DNA of 64,000 bases from Niveispirillum sp. (GTDB taxonomy: Bacteria > Pseudomonadota > Alphaproteobacteria > Azospirillales > Azospirillaceae): assembly GCF_017996735.1 (NCBI RefSeq), contig NZ_JAGOGJ010000006.1, positions 46,295-110,294 of the forward strand. The letters are read 5' to 3'. A program made the position numbers and the translations under genes. The notes below the pieces were generated by a model. That model searched no databases, was not told the origin of the DNA, and saw only the letters and a list, made by a program, of their open reading frames with translations. This document shows, piece by piece, positions 29,682 to 38,048 of this stretch. How positions within the stretch are numbered: position 1 is the first letter of the stretch; every line of letters begins with the position of its first letter.

Positions 29682-31925
29682 ATGCATACCCGGCTTTTGG
29701 GCGGGAGCGCGCTGGCTGTCTGCATGCTGATGCAGGGGACCCCGGCACTGGCACAGAACTCCACCGGTATCGACACGCTGGAAGAGATCATCGTCACAGC
29801 ACAGAAGCGCAAGCAGGGGCTGGCGGAAGTGCCCATCTCCATCAGCGTTGTCGGCGGGGAGGAGCTGGAGCGGGTCGGCGTCAACAAGGTTGAAGATCTC
29901 TACGCCATCGCGCCGTCGCTCTCCTTCTCACCGGCCCAGTCTTCGTCCGGGGCCGGCCTGCGTATCCGTGGCGTCGGCAGTGCCGCCTTCGGGTCGGCGA
30001 CGGAGCCCAGCGTTTCCACCATCGTCGACGGTATTGTGTCGGGCCCCGGCGGTTCCGCCCTGGTGGATTTTTTCGATGTGGAACGGATTGAAGTGCTGCG
30101 TGGCCCGCAAGGCACGCTGTTCGGCAAGAACGCCTCCGCCGGTGCGGTCAATATCGTCAGCCGTACACCGACCGATGAATTTTCCGGTTACATGAACCTG
30201 CGCTACGGCGACACGCTGGAGGCAACCCGCATCGAAGGCGCGGTCAGCGGTCCCGTCGCCGACGGGGTGAAGGCCCGGCTGTCCGGCTATCGCCTGGATC
30301 AGGGCAAGGGGCAGGTCTACAACCCCGTGCGGAAAACGGACGAGAACAAGCGCGAGCGCTGGGGTCTGCGGCTGCGCACCGATTACGAGGTGGAGGCGAC
30401 CAGCATCCAACTGATCGCGCAATATGAGGAGCAGGACAATGCCTGCTGCCGCACCAGCTTCTACGGGCTGGACCCGCGCGCCTACGGCACGCTGACACGG
30501 CTTTACCTGCTGCCCCGTCAGGCGGCCAACGGTGTCGTGCCCGGCCCGGATAACCGCCTGTCCATCGCCGACGGTCCCTTGCGGGAAGAAACGGAGACGA
30601 TGCAACTGACCGCCACGGTCAGCCACGAATTCGACAGCGGCGTCACCCTGCGCTCCATCACCGGCTATCGCACCTGGGATGAGTTGGACACGATCGATGT
30701 CGATGGCGTTGATGTGAATGTCGGCAATGATCCGCGCCAGCAGCGTGACCTGAACCTGTTCAGCGAAGAATTGCAGTTGCTGTCACCCGATGAGGGCGCC
30801 TTCCGCTGGGTTCTGGGCGCCTATTATTACCAGCATGTGCTGAAGGGCAACACGATCACGGCGGGCGGCCGGGGCACCATCCTGGGCCAGACCTCCACCA
30901 CCGGCATCGGCAAGACCACGACCCACAATTACGCCCTGTTCGCCGACGGCACCTATGATCTGGCCGAACAGTGGCAGGCCTTTGCCGGCATCCGGGGGCT
31001 TTACGAGGATCTGAGCGTCCGCTCCTACCGCAGCGGTAACTACTTCGCCTTCACGCCCGGCACGTTCCAGGGCGCCATCAAGACCGATGATACAAACTGG
31101 GTCGGCCGCGCCGGCATCCGCTTCACCCCGGAGACGCGACAGAGCTATTACCTGTCGGTGTCGCGCGGCTACAAGGGCCGGGCCATCGACAATAATACCG
31201 GCAACGTGTTTTTCCTGAACCCGGATCGGGCCGTCCTGGACCCCGAAACGGTGGTGTCCTACGAACTGGGCGCGCGCACCACCTGGCTGGATAACCGGGT
31301 GCAGTTGAATATCACCCTGTTCTACAGCGATTTCAGCGATTATCAGGCGTCCTCGTTCGATAATGTCACCTCGTCACAGATCCTCCGCAATGCCGGCAAG
31401 CTGCGCAGCAAGGGGTTCGAGGCGGATTTCGCCGTCAAGCCCTGGCAAGGCGCGACCCTGTCGGGCGGTGGGGCCTATGTCGATGCCGTGTTTGTCGACT
31501 ACAAGGGCGCGCCCTGCACATCCGTCCAGACGGCGCTACGCACCTGCCCCGTCGGCGGGCAGGACCTGTCGGGCCAGGATCTCAGCAATAATCCGCGCTG
31601 GCAGTTCAGCGTCCGTGGCCAGCAGGATTTCGACCTGACAGCCGATGCCGGCGCCTATGTCCGGGCCGAATATAACTGGCGAGACGCCGTGACCTATGGC
31701 GGTGACCTGAACCCGGCAACCCGCCAGCCCGCCTTCGGTGTGACCAATTTCCGGGCCGGTGTCAGTTTTGCGGAAGGGCAATATGAACTGTCCGCGTTTG
31801 TCGAGAATGCCTTCGACAAAAGTTATGCCCTGCGCATCTACGATTCGCCGGGCTTCACCGGTTCCTATTCGGCCTTCTTCGGTCCGTCACGGACCTGGGG
31901 CGCCGAACTGCGGGCCCGGTTCTGA
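29682..31925 (+). CDS. TonB-dependent outer membrane receptor
   Basis: SD GGGAGG before ATG 29682; signal peptide; TonB box LEEIIVTAQKR; ERIEVLRGPQGTLFGKN plug motif; terminal Phe. Confidence 0.93.
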   Translation: MHTRLLGGSALAVCMLMQGTPALAQNSTGIDTLEEIIVTAQKRKQGLAEVPISISVVGGEELERVGVNKVEDLYAIAPSLSFSPAQSSSGAGLRIRGVGSAAFGSATEPSVSTIVDGIVSGPGGSALVDFFDVERIEVLRGPQGTLFGKNASAGAVNIVSRTPTDEFSGYMNLRYGDTLEATRIEGAVSGPVADGVKARLSGYRLDQGKGQVYNPVRKTDENKRERWGLRLRTDYEVEATSIQLIAQYEEQDNACCRTSFYGLDPRAYGTLTRLYLLPRQAANGVVPGPDNRLSIADGPLREETETMQLTATVSHEFDSGVTLRSITGYRTWDELDTIDVDGVDVNVGNDPRQQRDLNLFSEELQLLSPDEGAFRWVLGAYYYQHVLKGNTITAGGRGTILGQTSTTGIGKTTTHNYALFADGTYDLAEQWQAFAGIRGLYEDLSVRSYRSGNYFAFTPGTFQGAIKTDDTNWVGRAGIRFTPETRQSYYLSVSRGYKGRAIDNNTGNVFFLNPDRAVLDPETVVSYELGARTTWLDNRVQLNITLFYSDFSDYQASSFDNVTSSQILRNAGKLRSKGFEADFAVKPWQGATLSGGGAYVDAVFVDYKGAPCTSVQTALRTCPVGGQDLSGQDLSNNPRWQFSVRGQQDFDLTADAGAYVRAEYNWRDAVTYGGDLNPATRQPAFGVTNFRAGVSFAEGQYELSAFVENAFDKSYALRIYDSPGFTGSYSAFFGPSRTWGAELRARF

Positions 31926-31940
31926 GAAAGGGGACGGACG

Positions 31941-32741
31941 ATGAACGCGAAAGGCACGATCATGACACGCCGCACCATGCTGGGCACCGCCACCGCCGCC
32001 GGCCTGTCCGCCTTGGCACCGGCCGCAATCGCCGGCGAACGGCCCATCCGGATACGGCACTATGTGCTGGCCACCCATGACATGAATTTTGTCTGCGACC
32101 AGATTTATGAAGTGCTGGGCCTGCCCGCAACGCCGAAGAAGGAGGGGCCCGGGGTCACCGAACAATATGGCTTCTACAGCACCATGATGCGGGTCGGCAC
32201 GACCATGATCGAGGTGGTGCAACCTATCAAGCCTGACCACCTGCTGAACCGCTGGTTCGAGGAGCGCGGCGGCGATGGCGGCTTCATGGTGGTCATGCAG
32301 ACCTTCGATGCCGATGCCCTGAAGGCGCGGGCGGCGGCCGAAAACCTGAAGCTGACCCGCGACATGATGTTCAAGGGCCAGCATATGCTGCAATTCGACT
32401 ACAAACATTTCGGCACGCATTTCGAACTCTACAAATACACGCCGGAGGAGGATTGGTGGGGCAATCCCCGCACCGGCCCCTATAGCGACGCCCGCGTCGC
32501 CTCCGATGTGGTGGGGGGCGAGGTGGCGGTGGAGAATCCGGAAGCCATCGCGGCCCAGACGGCGCGCCTGTTCCAGGCCCGACAGGATGGCACCAAGGTG
32601 CATTTCGAGGATCGGACCCTCAGCTTCGTGGAGGCAAAGGGCCAGTGGCGGGGTCTGGTCGCCCTGAACCTGAAGGCGCGGGAGCCCGCGCGTGTCGGCG
32701 ATTGGGCCCGCATCTGTGGCGTCAAATTCCGGTTCGTGTAA
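31941..32741 (+). CDS. Tat-exported VOC/glyoxalase-like protein of unknown function
   Basis: TRRTMLG twin-arginine signal; IRHYVLA...IEVVQP...RGGDGGFMVVMQT. Confidence 0.65.
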   Translation: MNAKGTIMTRRTMLGTATAAGLSALAPAAIAGERPIRIRHYVLATHDMNFVCDQIYEVLGLPATPKKEGPGVTEQYGFYSTMMRVGTTMIEVVQPIKPDHLLNRWFEERGGDGGFMVVMQTFDADALKARAAAENLKLTRDMMFKGQHMLQFDYKHFGTHFELYKYTPEEDWWGNPRTGPYSDARVASDVVGGEVAVENPEAIAAQTARLFQARQDGTKVHFEDRTLSFVEAKGQWRGLVALNLKAREPARVGDWARICGVKFRFV

Positions 32742-32754
32742 GGGAGCGCCGACG

Positions 32755-33462
32755 ATGAGCGAGCAGAAACCCCACCTGATCCGCCACTTTGTGCTGGCCA
32801 GCCCCGACATTGATGCCATATCGGCGCGTATCCAGTCGTTTCTGAAGGTGCCGCAGGGTCACCGCCACGACATGGGCGCCATTCTGGGCTTCCGCAATGA
32901 AATGATGATGATCGGCGAGACCATGTTCGAACTGGTCCAGCCGGTGAAGCCGGACCACCGCCTGCATCGCTGGTTCCAGGAACAGGGCGGCGAAGGCGGT
33001 TACATGATCGTCTTCCAGACCTTTGATGCCGATGCCTTCCGCGACCGCGCGGCGGCGGAGAAGCTGCGCCTGACCCGTGACATGCTGTTCCGGGGCCAGG
33101 ACATGATCCAGTTCGATCCCAAACGTTTCGGAACCCATCTGGAGACCTATCGCTATACGCTGCCCAATGGCTGGTGGGGTGACCCGGTGGGCCGCAAATA
33201 TGGGCGCAGCGAAGCAGCGTCGGAGATCGTGGCGGCCGATGTCGCCGTGAACGCCGCCCCGCCGGCGGAAATCGCCGCGCAGGTGGGGCGCCTGTTCCTG
33301 TCGCCCGTGGAAGGCGACCGGGTTCGGTTCCCCGGCAAGCAGGTACGTTTCGTACCTGCCGCCGGTCGGGCCGGGCTGGTGGCCCTGGATTTCAAGGCCA
33401 CCGATCCCTCCGCCGTTGGTCGGGTGGAGCGTATCTGCAACATGGAGTTCCGGCTGGTCTGA
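32755..33462 (+). CDS. VOC/glyoxalase-like paralogue lacking a signal peptide
   Basis: IRHFVLA...FELVQP...QGGEGGYMIVFQT; collinear with the upstream gene through the C-terminal RICxxxFRxV. Confidence 0.65.
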   Translation: MSEQKPHLIRHFVLASPDIDAISARIQSFLKVPQGHRHDMGAILGFRNEMMMIGETMFELVQPVKPDHRLHRWFQEQGGEGGYMIVFQTFDADAFRDRAAAEKLRLTRDMLFRGQDMIQFDPKRFGTHLETYRYTLPNGWWGDPVGRKYGRSEAASEIVAADVAVNAAPPAEIAAQVGRLFLSPVEGDRVRFPGKQVRFVPAAGRAGLVALDFKATDPSAVGRVERICNMEFRLV

Positions 33463-33488
33463 CCGTGTCCAGCCATCCCTTGATCACC

Positions 33489-33522
33489 TGGCCCCACCGG
33501 CACCACCGGTGGGGCCATTTTT
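33489..33522. terminator. Rho-independent terminator
   Basis: TGGCCCCACCGG-5nt-CCGGTGGGGCCA followed by TTTTT. Confidence 0.75.
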
Positions 33523-33523
33523 A

Positions 33524-33916
33524 TCAGCCCTGCTTGCGCGTGATCTTCGGCACTTCGTCGCGGTAGCGGAAGCGCAGGGCCGACCAGTCATCATCCAGCG
33601 CGATCTGGGTCACAGGGATCAGCCCCTCCCGCGTCAGCCCTTCCCATCCCGCATCGCGGGAAAGATCGCTTTTGATCGTGCCGCTTTTCTTGGGATGTGC
33701 AACCCACAAGGCCCCACCGCGTTTGTAAATCGGCAGCATGCGGTCGGCGAGCCCTGCCAGGGCGGCGACATCTATCGCGAAGCCCAGCAGCAGGTCGATA
33801 TCACCGATAGGCCGTTCGACCGGTAAGTCGATGATTTTCCACATATTTTCTGGGGAATCCAACATCCAGGCCTGCTTGCCCGGCTTAAAACCCAGCTTGT
33901 CCGTGATGGTCTTCAT
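33524..33916 (-). CDS. DUF3052-like hypothetical protein
   Basis: KLGFKPG, GALWVAHPKK, SDLSRD, IALDDDWSALRFR. Confidence 0.7.
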   Translation of the reverse strand: MKTITDKLGFKPGKQAWMLDSPENMWKIIDLPVERPIGDIDLLLGFAIDVAALAGLADRMLPIYKRGGALWVAHPKKSGTIKSDLSRDAGWEGLTREGLIPVTQIALDDDWSALRFRYRDEVPKITRKQG

Positions 33917-33946
33917 AGCAAGATTCCCCGCTGTTCCGCCCGTCGA

Positions 33947-33995
33947 TTTACAAACTTTACAACATGACAGCTTTTGACATTACAGACTGTGACAG
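33947..33995 (+). promoter_or_regulatory. Candidate RamB/ScfR operator array upstream of aceA
   Basis: TTTACAAACTTTACAAC followed by further TGACA/TTACA units; 33951-33963 matches the corynebacterial RamB consensus AA/GAACTTTGCAAA at 10/13. Confidence 0.5.
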
Positions 33996-34147
33996 CAATA
34001 CTATTTTACGATAACAACCGTATTGATCATTTTATGTCTCGGGTCCATGTTCATCTCAACGGCGCTGCACTGCACACCAAACGGTGCAGAAACAAGAAGC
34101 GGCCCGCACGAGACACCAGAGAGCCCCACCAGGCCAGGAGTTGAGAG

Positions 34148-35434
34148 ATGTCCCCGTTGGACCAGACCCAGAGCATCGACCTCGCCGCCATCCACGCCAA
34201 GCGCTTTGACGGCATCAAGCGCGATTTCACGGCCGAGGATGTGCGCCGTCTGTCCGGGTCGGTGAAGATCGAGTACACGCTGGCCGAAATGGGCGCGCGC
34301 CGCCTGTGGGAACTGCTGCACACCCGGCCCTATGTCCACACGCTGGGCGCCTTCACCGGCAATCAGGCCCTGCAGCACGTCAAGGCCGGCCTGGAAGCCA
34401 TCTACCTGTCGGGCTGGCAGGTCGCGGCTGACGCCAATCTGGCCGGTCAGATGTATCCCGACCAGTCGCTGTATCCCGCCAACTCCGTCCCGGCCGTCGT
34501 GAAGCGCATCAACAATGCCTTCCAGCGCGCCGACCAGATCCAGACGGCCGAAGGCAAAGGCGACACCTACTGGTTCGCGCCGATCATCGCCGACGCCGAG
34601 GCCGGCTTCGGTGGCCCGCTGAACGCCTTCGAACTGATGAAGGGCATGATCGAGGCCGGTGCCGCCGCCGTTCACTTCGAAGACCAGCTGGCCTCTGAAA
34701 AGAAGTGCGGCCATCTGGGCGGCAAGGTGCTGATCCCGATCCAGCAGTTCATCCGCACCCTGAACGCTGGCCGTCTGGCCGCCGATGTCTGCGGCACCTC
34801 CACCCTGGTGGTCGCCCGTACCGACGCCGAGTCGGCGCAGCTGATCACCAGCGACGTGGATGAGCGCGACCATCCGTTCATCGACCGCAATGACCGCACG
34901 CCGGAAGGCTTCTTCCGCATCAAGAAGGGTGTCGGCGTCGATTACTGCATCGCCCGTGCCCTGGAATATGCCCCCTATTCCGACCTGATGTGGTGGGAAA
35001 CCTCCAAGCCGAACCTGGACGATGCCCGCCGCTTCGCCGAGGCCGTGCATAAGAAGTTCCCGGGCAAGATGCTGGCCTATAACTGCTCGCCCTCCTTCAA
35101 CTGGAAGGCCAACCTGGACGACGCGACCATCGCCAAGTACCAGGCCGAGCTGGGCGCCATGGGCTACAAGTATCAGTTCGTGACCCTGGCGGGCTTCCAC
35201 AGCCTGAACCTGGCGACCTTCGAACTGGCCAAGGGCTACAAGGAACGCGGCATGGCCGCCTATTCCGAGATGCAGCAGCGTGAATTCGCCGCCGCCGATC
35301 AGGGCTTCACCGCCGTGAAGCACCAGCGCGAAGTGGGTACCGGTTATTTCGACGCGGTGGCCGTGGCCATCTCTGGCGGTACGTCCTCGACGACGGCCAT
35401 GAAGGACAGCACCGAGACCGATCAGTTCCATTGA
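34148..35434 (+). CDS. aceA: Isocitrate lyase
   Basis: [29 protein letters not shown] signature, [22 protein letters not shown]. Confidence 0.98.
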   Translation: MSPLDQTQSIDLAAIHAKRFDGIKRDFTAEDVRRLSGSVKIEYTLAEMGARRLWELLHTRPYVHTLGAFTGNQALQHVKAGLEAIYLSGWQVAADANLAGQMYPDQSLYPANSVPAVVKRINNAFQRADQIQTAEGKGDTYWFAPIIADAEAGFGGPLNAFELMKGMIEAGAAAVHFEDQLASEKKCGHLGGKVLIPIQQFIRTLNAGRLAADVCGTSTLVVARTDAESAQLITSDVDERDHPFIDRNDRTPEGFFRIKKGVGVDYCIARALEYAPYSDLMWWETSKPNLDDARRFAEAVHKKFPGKMLAYNCSPSFNWKANLDDATIAKYQAELGAMGYKYQFVTLAGFHSLNLATFELAKGYKERGMAAYSEMQQREFAAADQGFTAVKHQREVGTGYFDAVAVAISGGTSSTTAMKDSTETDQFH

Positions 35435-35459
35435 TCGACATCTCAGTTACCTCAGCTTC

Positions 35460-35776
35460 GATCCGCCCTTCTTCCTGAACGGAAGGGCGGGTCCGCCGGG
35501 GGAAGGGGCTGCATCCTTTCCCCGGCTCTTGGCCCCCCAGGCTGGGACCTTTCCGCCTCCCTCCGCGCTGGATGGGAGGGGGCGGCGGAAAGCCGGCGGA
35601 CGGCGCGATGGATCGCCGACACCACCGGATCGTACCGGCCACGGGGCCCTTTCAGAACCAGATGATGGCGGGCGCTCTCCGCCATCGTCTCCGGGGTCCG
35701 GCCCGCAACCGGGCCCCGGTCTCCGATCCCAGGATGATGATCGCACCGTCTGCCCGGCGACAAGGGTGGGCGGTGC
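35460..35776 (+). ncRNA. Candidate structured RNA: tandem array of 7-8 hairpins in the aceA 3' region
   Basis: Stems at 35460-35493, 35495-35526, 35549-35592, 35593-35628, 35660-35690, 35691-35719, 35743-35776; stem mismatches in four of them are G-U on the + strand. Confidence 0.45.
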
Positions 35777-35865
35777 GTCTTCATGTCCCGCCCCCTTTAA
35801 AAAGGTTCCGTGACCCGCCACGTCCCGATCTTCCACCCTGAACCCCGACCGGAGGAGAATAGCAG

Positions 35866-36006
35866 ATGGATGGTTTTACACCCCTTGCCCTGGAAGAGGA
35901 TCAGATGCTGACGGCGGTTCCGCCGTCGCTGGTGGAGGCCGGTGAATGGGTCGCGGTGCGCGCCGGTGACAGCGCGATGATGATCTGGTTCCCCACGGGG
36001 GATTGA
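35866..36006 (+). CDS. 46-aa small protein MDGFTPLALEEDQMLTAVPPSLVEAGEWVAVRAGDSAMMIWFPTGD (below the ORF-track cutoff)
   Basis: SD GGAGGA at 35851-35856; host-like codon usage; terminator-like hairpin follows. Confidence 0.65.
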   Translation: MDGFTPLALEEDQMLTAVPPSLVEAGEWVAVRAGDSAMMIWFPTGD

Positions 36007-36043
36007 CCCTCTCCCGTTCCCCTCCCCTCCATCCCTGTTGGCA

Positions 36044-36081
36044 AACGCCCTGGCGCCCCGTCGCCGGGGCGTTGTCGTTTT
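36044..36081 (+). terminator. Terminator after the small ORF
   Basis: AACGCCCTGGCG / CGCCGGGGCGTT arms followed by GTCGTTTT. Confidence 0.6.
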
Positions 36082-36278
36082 GGCGGCTGCGTCGCCCTGG
36101 TTTATTCCAGCTCACGCCTCTTCTTGTATCTGAGGCTTACAAGTATATGACATATACAATGTTAACGAGTAAATGATTTGCCGGTCATACGACCTATCGT
36201 TAGTCTTCCGTCATTCAGCAGGAACGGGGGCGCCCCAGCGAACCGCCGCCGGTCGCCTGCCACAGGGGAGGCAAGGGA

Positions 36279-37988
36279 ATGACCGACATACTGGATATTG
36301 CGATCGTGGGCGGTGGCGTGACCGGCACCTATTGCGCCTGGCGCCTGACGGGCGAACAGGGGATCACGGGCGCCAAGGTCGCGGTTTTCGAATATAGCGA
36401 CCGTATCGGTGGCCGGCTTTACACCAAGACCATTCCGGGCATGCCCAATATCGCCGCCGAATTGGGCGGCATGCGCTATATCCCGCCCAGCGAAGGGGAC
36501 GACGCCTCCAACCAGCCCATGGTCAGCAACCTGATCGATGCCCTGGACCTGCCCTCGCACATCTTCCTGATGGGCAATCCCAAGCCGGGGCCGGACGGAC
36601 AGCCCATCGGGGAAAAGGACAACATCTTCTACCTGCGCGGCAAGCATCTGAAGATGAAGGAACAGTCCGACCCGGACAAGGTGCCCTACAACCTGTCCTG
36701 GAACGAACGCGGCAAGACGGTCAACGACCTGCAGGTCTTCGCCTTCGATCTGCTGGTACCGAAGAACCGGCGCAACTCGCTGAACGCACTGATGGAAACC
36801 ACGGTGTTCGGGCACCCGCTCTATACCTATGGTTTCTGGAACCTGATGAGTCAGACCCTGTCGTCGGAGGCCTATCAGTTCATGAAGGATGCCGGCGGCT
36901 ATGACGCCAATGTCGCCAACGCCAATGCCGTGGCCCAGTTGCCCGCCACCGAATATGCCAATACCAGCGGCTTCAAGGCCATCACCGGCGGGTATCAGCG
37001 CCTGCCCCTGACGCTGGCCGAACAGGCGGCCGCGCAGGGCGCCGACATCCGCATGAACCGCCGCATCTCCCGGATCGAACGCGACCAGGACGGTCTTTAT
37101 CTGCTGACGGTCGTGGAAACGGAAACCCAGCTTGTCTATGCCGACCTGGGCGGCCTGCGCGAGGTGACTCGGGACAAGGAAGGGGTGGAACCCAGCATCG
37201 TGAAGGCGAGGGACATCATCCTGGCCCTGCCGCGCCGGTCGCTGGAACTGATCGAATGGGTGGAATGGAAAAAGCCCGACGTGAAGGCCATGGTCGATTC
37301 GGTGCTGATCCAGGACGCGTTCAAGCTGCTGCTGGCCTATGATTATCCGTGGTGGGAGGCACAAGGCCTGGTGGCCGGCCGCTCCATCACCGATCTGCCG
37401 GTCCGTCAGATCTATTATTTCGGGACGGAGGAGGATCAGCCGCATGGGGAGAAGGGCAATACCCGTTCCCTGCTGATGGCCTCCTACAATGACATCACCA
37501 CCGTCCCCTTCTGGAAGGGTCTGGAAAAGGGTGCGCCCTTCCTGGGCCGTCTGCCTGAAGGGGTGAAGAGTGTGGCCAGGGAGCGGTCGGGGTCCGGTCA
37601 GGAAGGCACGCCCGTGCCGCTGGCCGAATGCATCGCCACCGACGCCATGGTGGCCAGCGCGCATTCCCAGATCCTGGCCGTCCACGGTCTGGTCGATGTC
37701 GATCAGCCCTATTCCGCCATCTATCACGACTGGTCGGGCGACCCGTATGGCGGCGGCTGGCACGAATGGAAGGCGGGTTTCCGCTACGACAAGCTGATGC
37801 CCGCCATCCGCCAGCCGGTGCCCGACGAACGTGTCTTCATCTGTGGCGAGGCCTATTCCAACAATCAGGGCTGGGTCGAGGGCTGCCTGCAGACCGCCGA
37901 GCATGTGCTGCTGGAGAAGTTCGACCTGCCCTGGCCCGCCTATCTGGCGCACCTGAAGGACAACCAGGCCGAGGTGCTGGGGCCGTAA
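36279..37988 (+). CDS. Flavin monoamine oxidase / L-amino acid oxidase family FAD enzyme
   Basis: IAIVGGGVTG dinucleotide fold, SDRIGGRLYT, ELGGMRY, C-terminal ICGEAYSNNQGWVEG; no signal peptide. Confidence 0.85.
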   Translation: MTDILDIAIVGGGVTGTYCAWRLTGEQGITGAKVAVFEYSDRIGGRLYTKTIPGMPNIAAELGGMRYIPPSEGDDASNQPMVSNLIDALDLPSHIFLMGNPKPGPDGQPIGEKDNIFYLRGKHLKMKEQSDPDKVPYNLSWNERGKTVNDLQVFAFDLLVPKNRRNSLNALMETTVFGHPLYTYGFWNLMSQTLSSEAYQFMKDAGGYDANVANANAVAQLPATEYANTSGFKAITGGYQRLPLTLAEQAAAQGADIRMNRRISRIERDQDGLYLLTVVETETQLVYADLGGLREVTRDKEGVEPSIVKARDIILALPRRSLELIEWVEWKKPDVKAMVDSVLIQDAFKLLLAYDYPWWEAQGLVAGRSITDLPVRQIYYFGTEEDQPHGEKGNTRSLLMASYNDITTVPFWKGLEKGAPFLGRLPEGVKSVARERSGSGQEGTPVPLAECIATDAMVASAHSQILAVHGLVDVDQPYSAIYHDWSGDPYGGGWHEWKAGFRYDKLMPAIRQPVPDERVFICGEAYSNNQGWVEGCLQTAEHVLLEKFDLPWPAYLAHLKDNQAEVLGP

Positions 37989-38048
37989 GCCGCCCCAGCC
38001 CACGCCCGCCCCCATCCTTCACCTGCAATCCTACGGGAGATGGCGTCC

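Noticed and set aside
35435-35850. aceA downstream region as CRISPR, MITE, RNase P, tmRNA or cobalamin riboswitch
   Set aside because: The hairpins differ in sequence (no repeat-spacer pattern); no terminal inverted repeats; conserved landmarks of those RNAs not found
36007-36040. C-rich tract as a cuckoo (CCUCCUCCC) sRNA
   Set aside because: The motif is not exact and is not presented in hairpin loops
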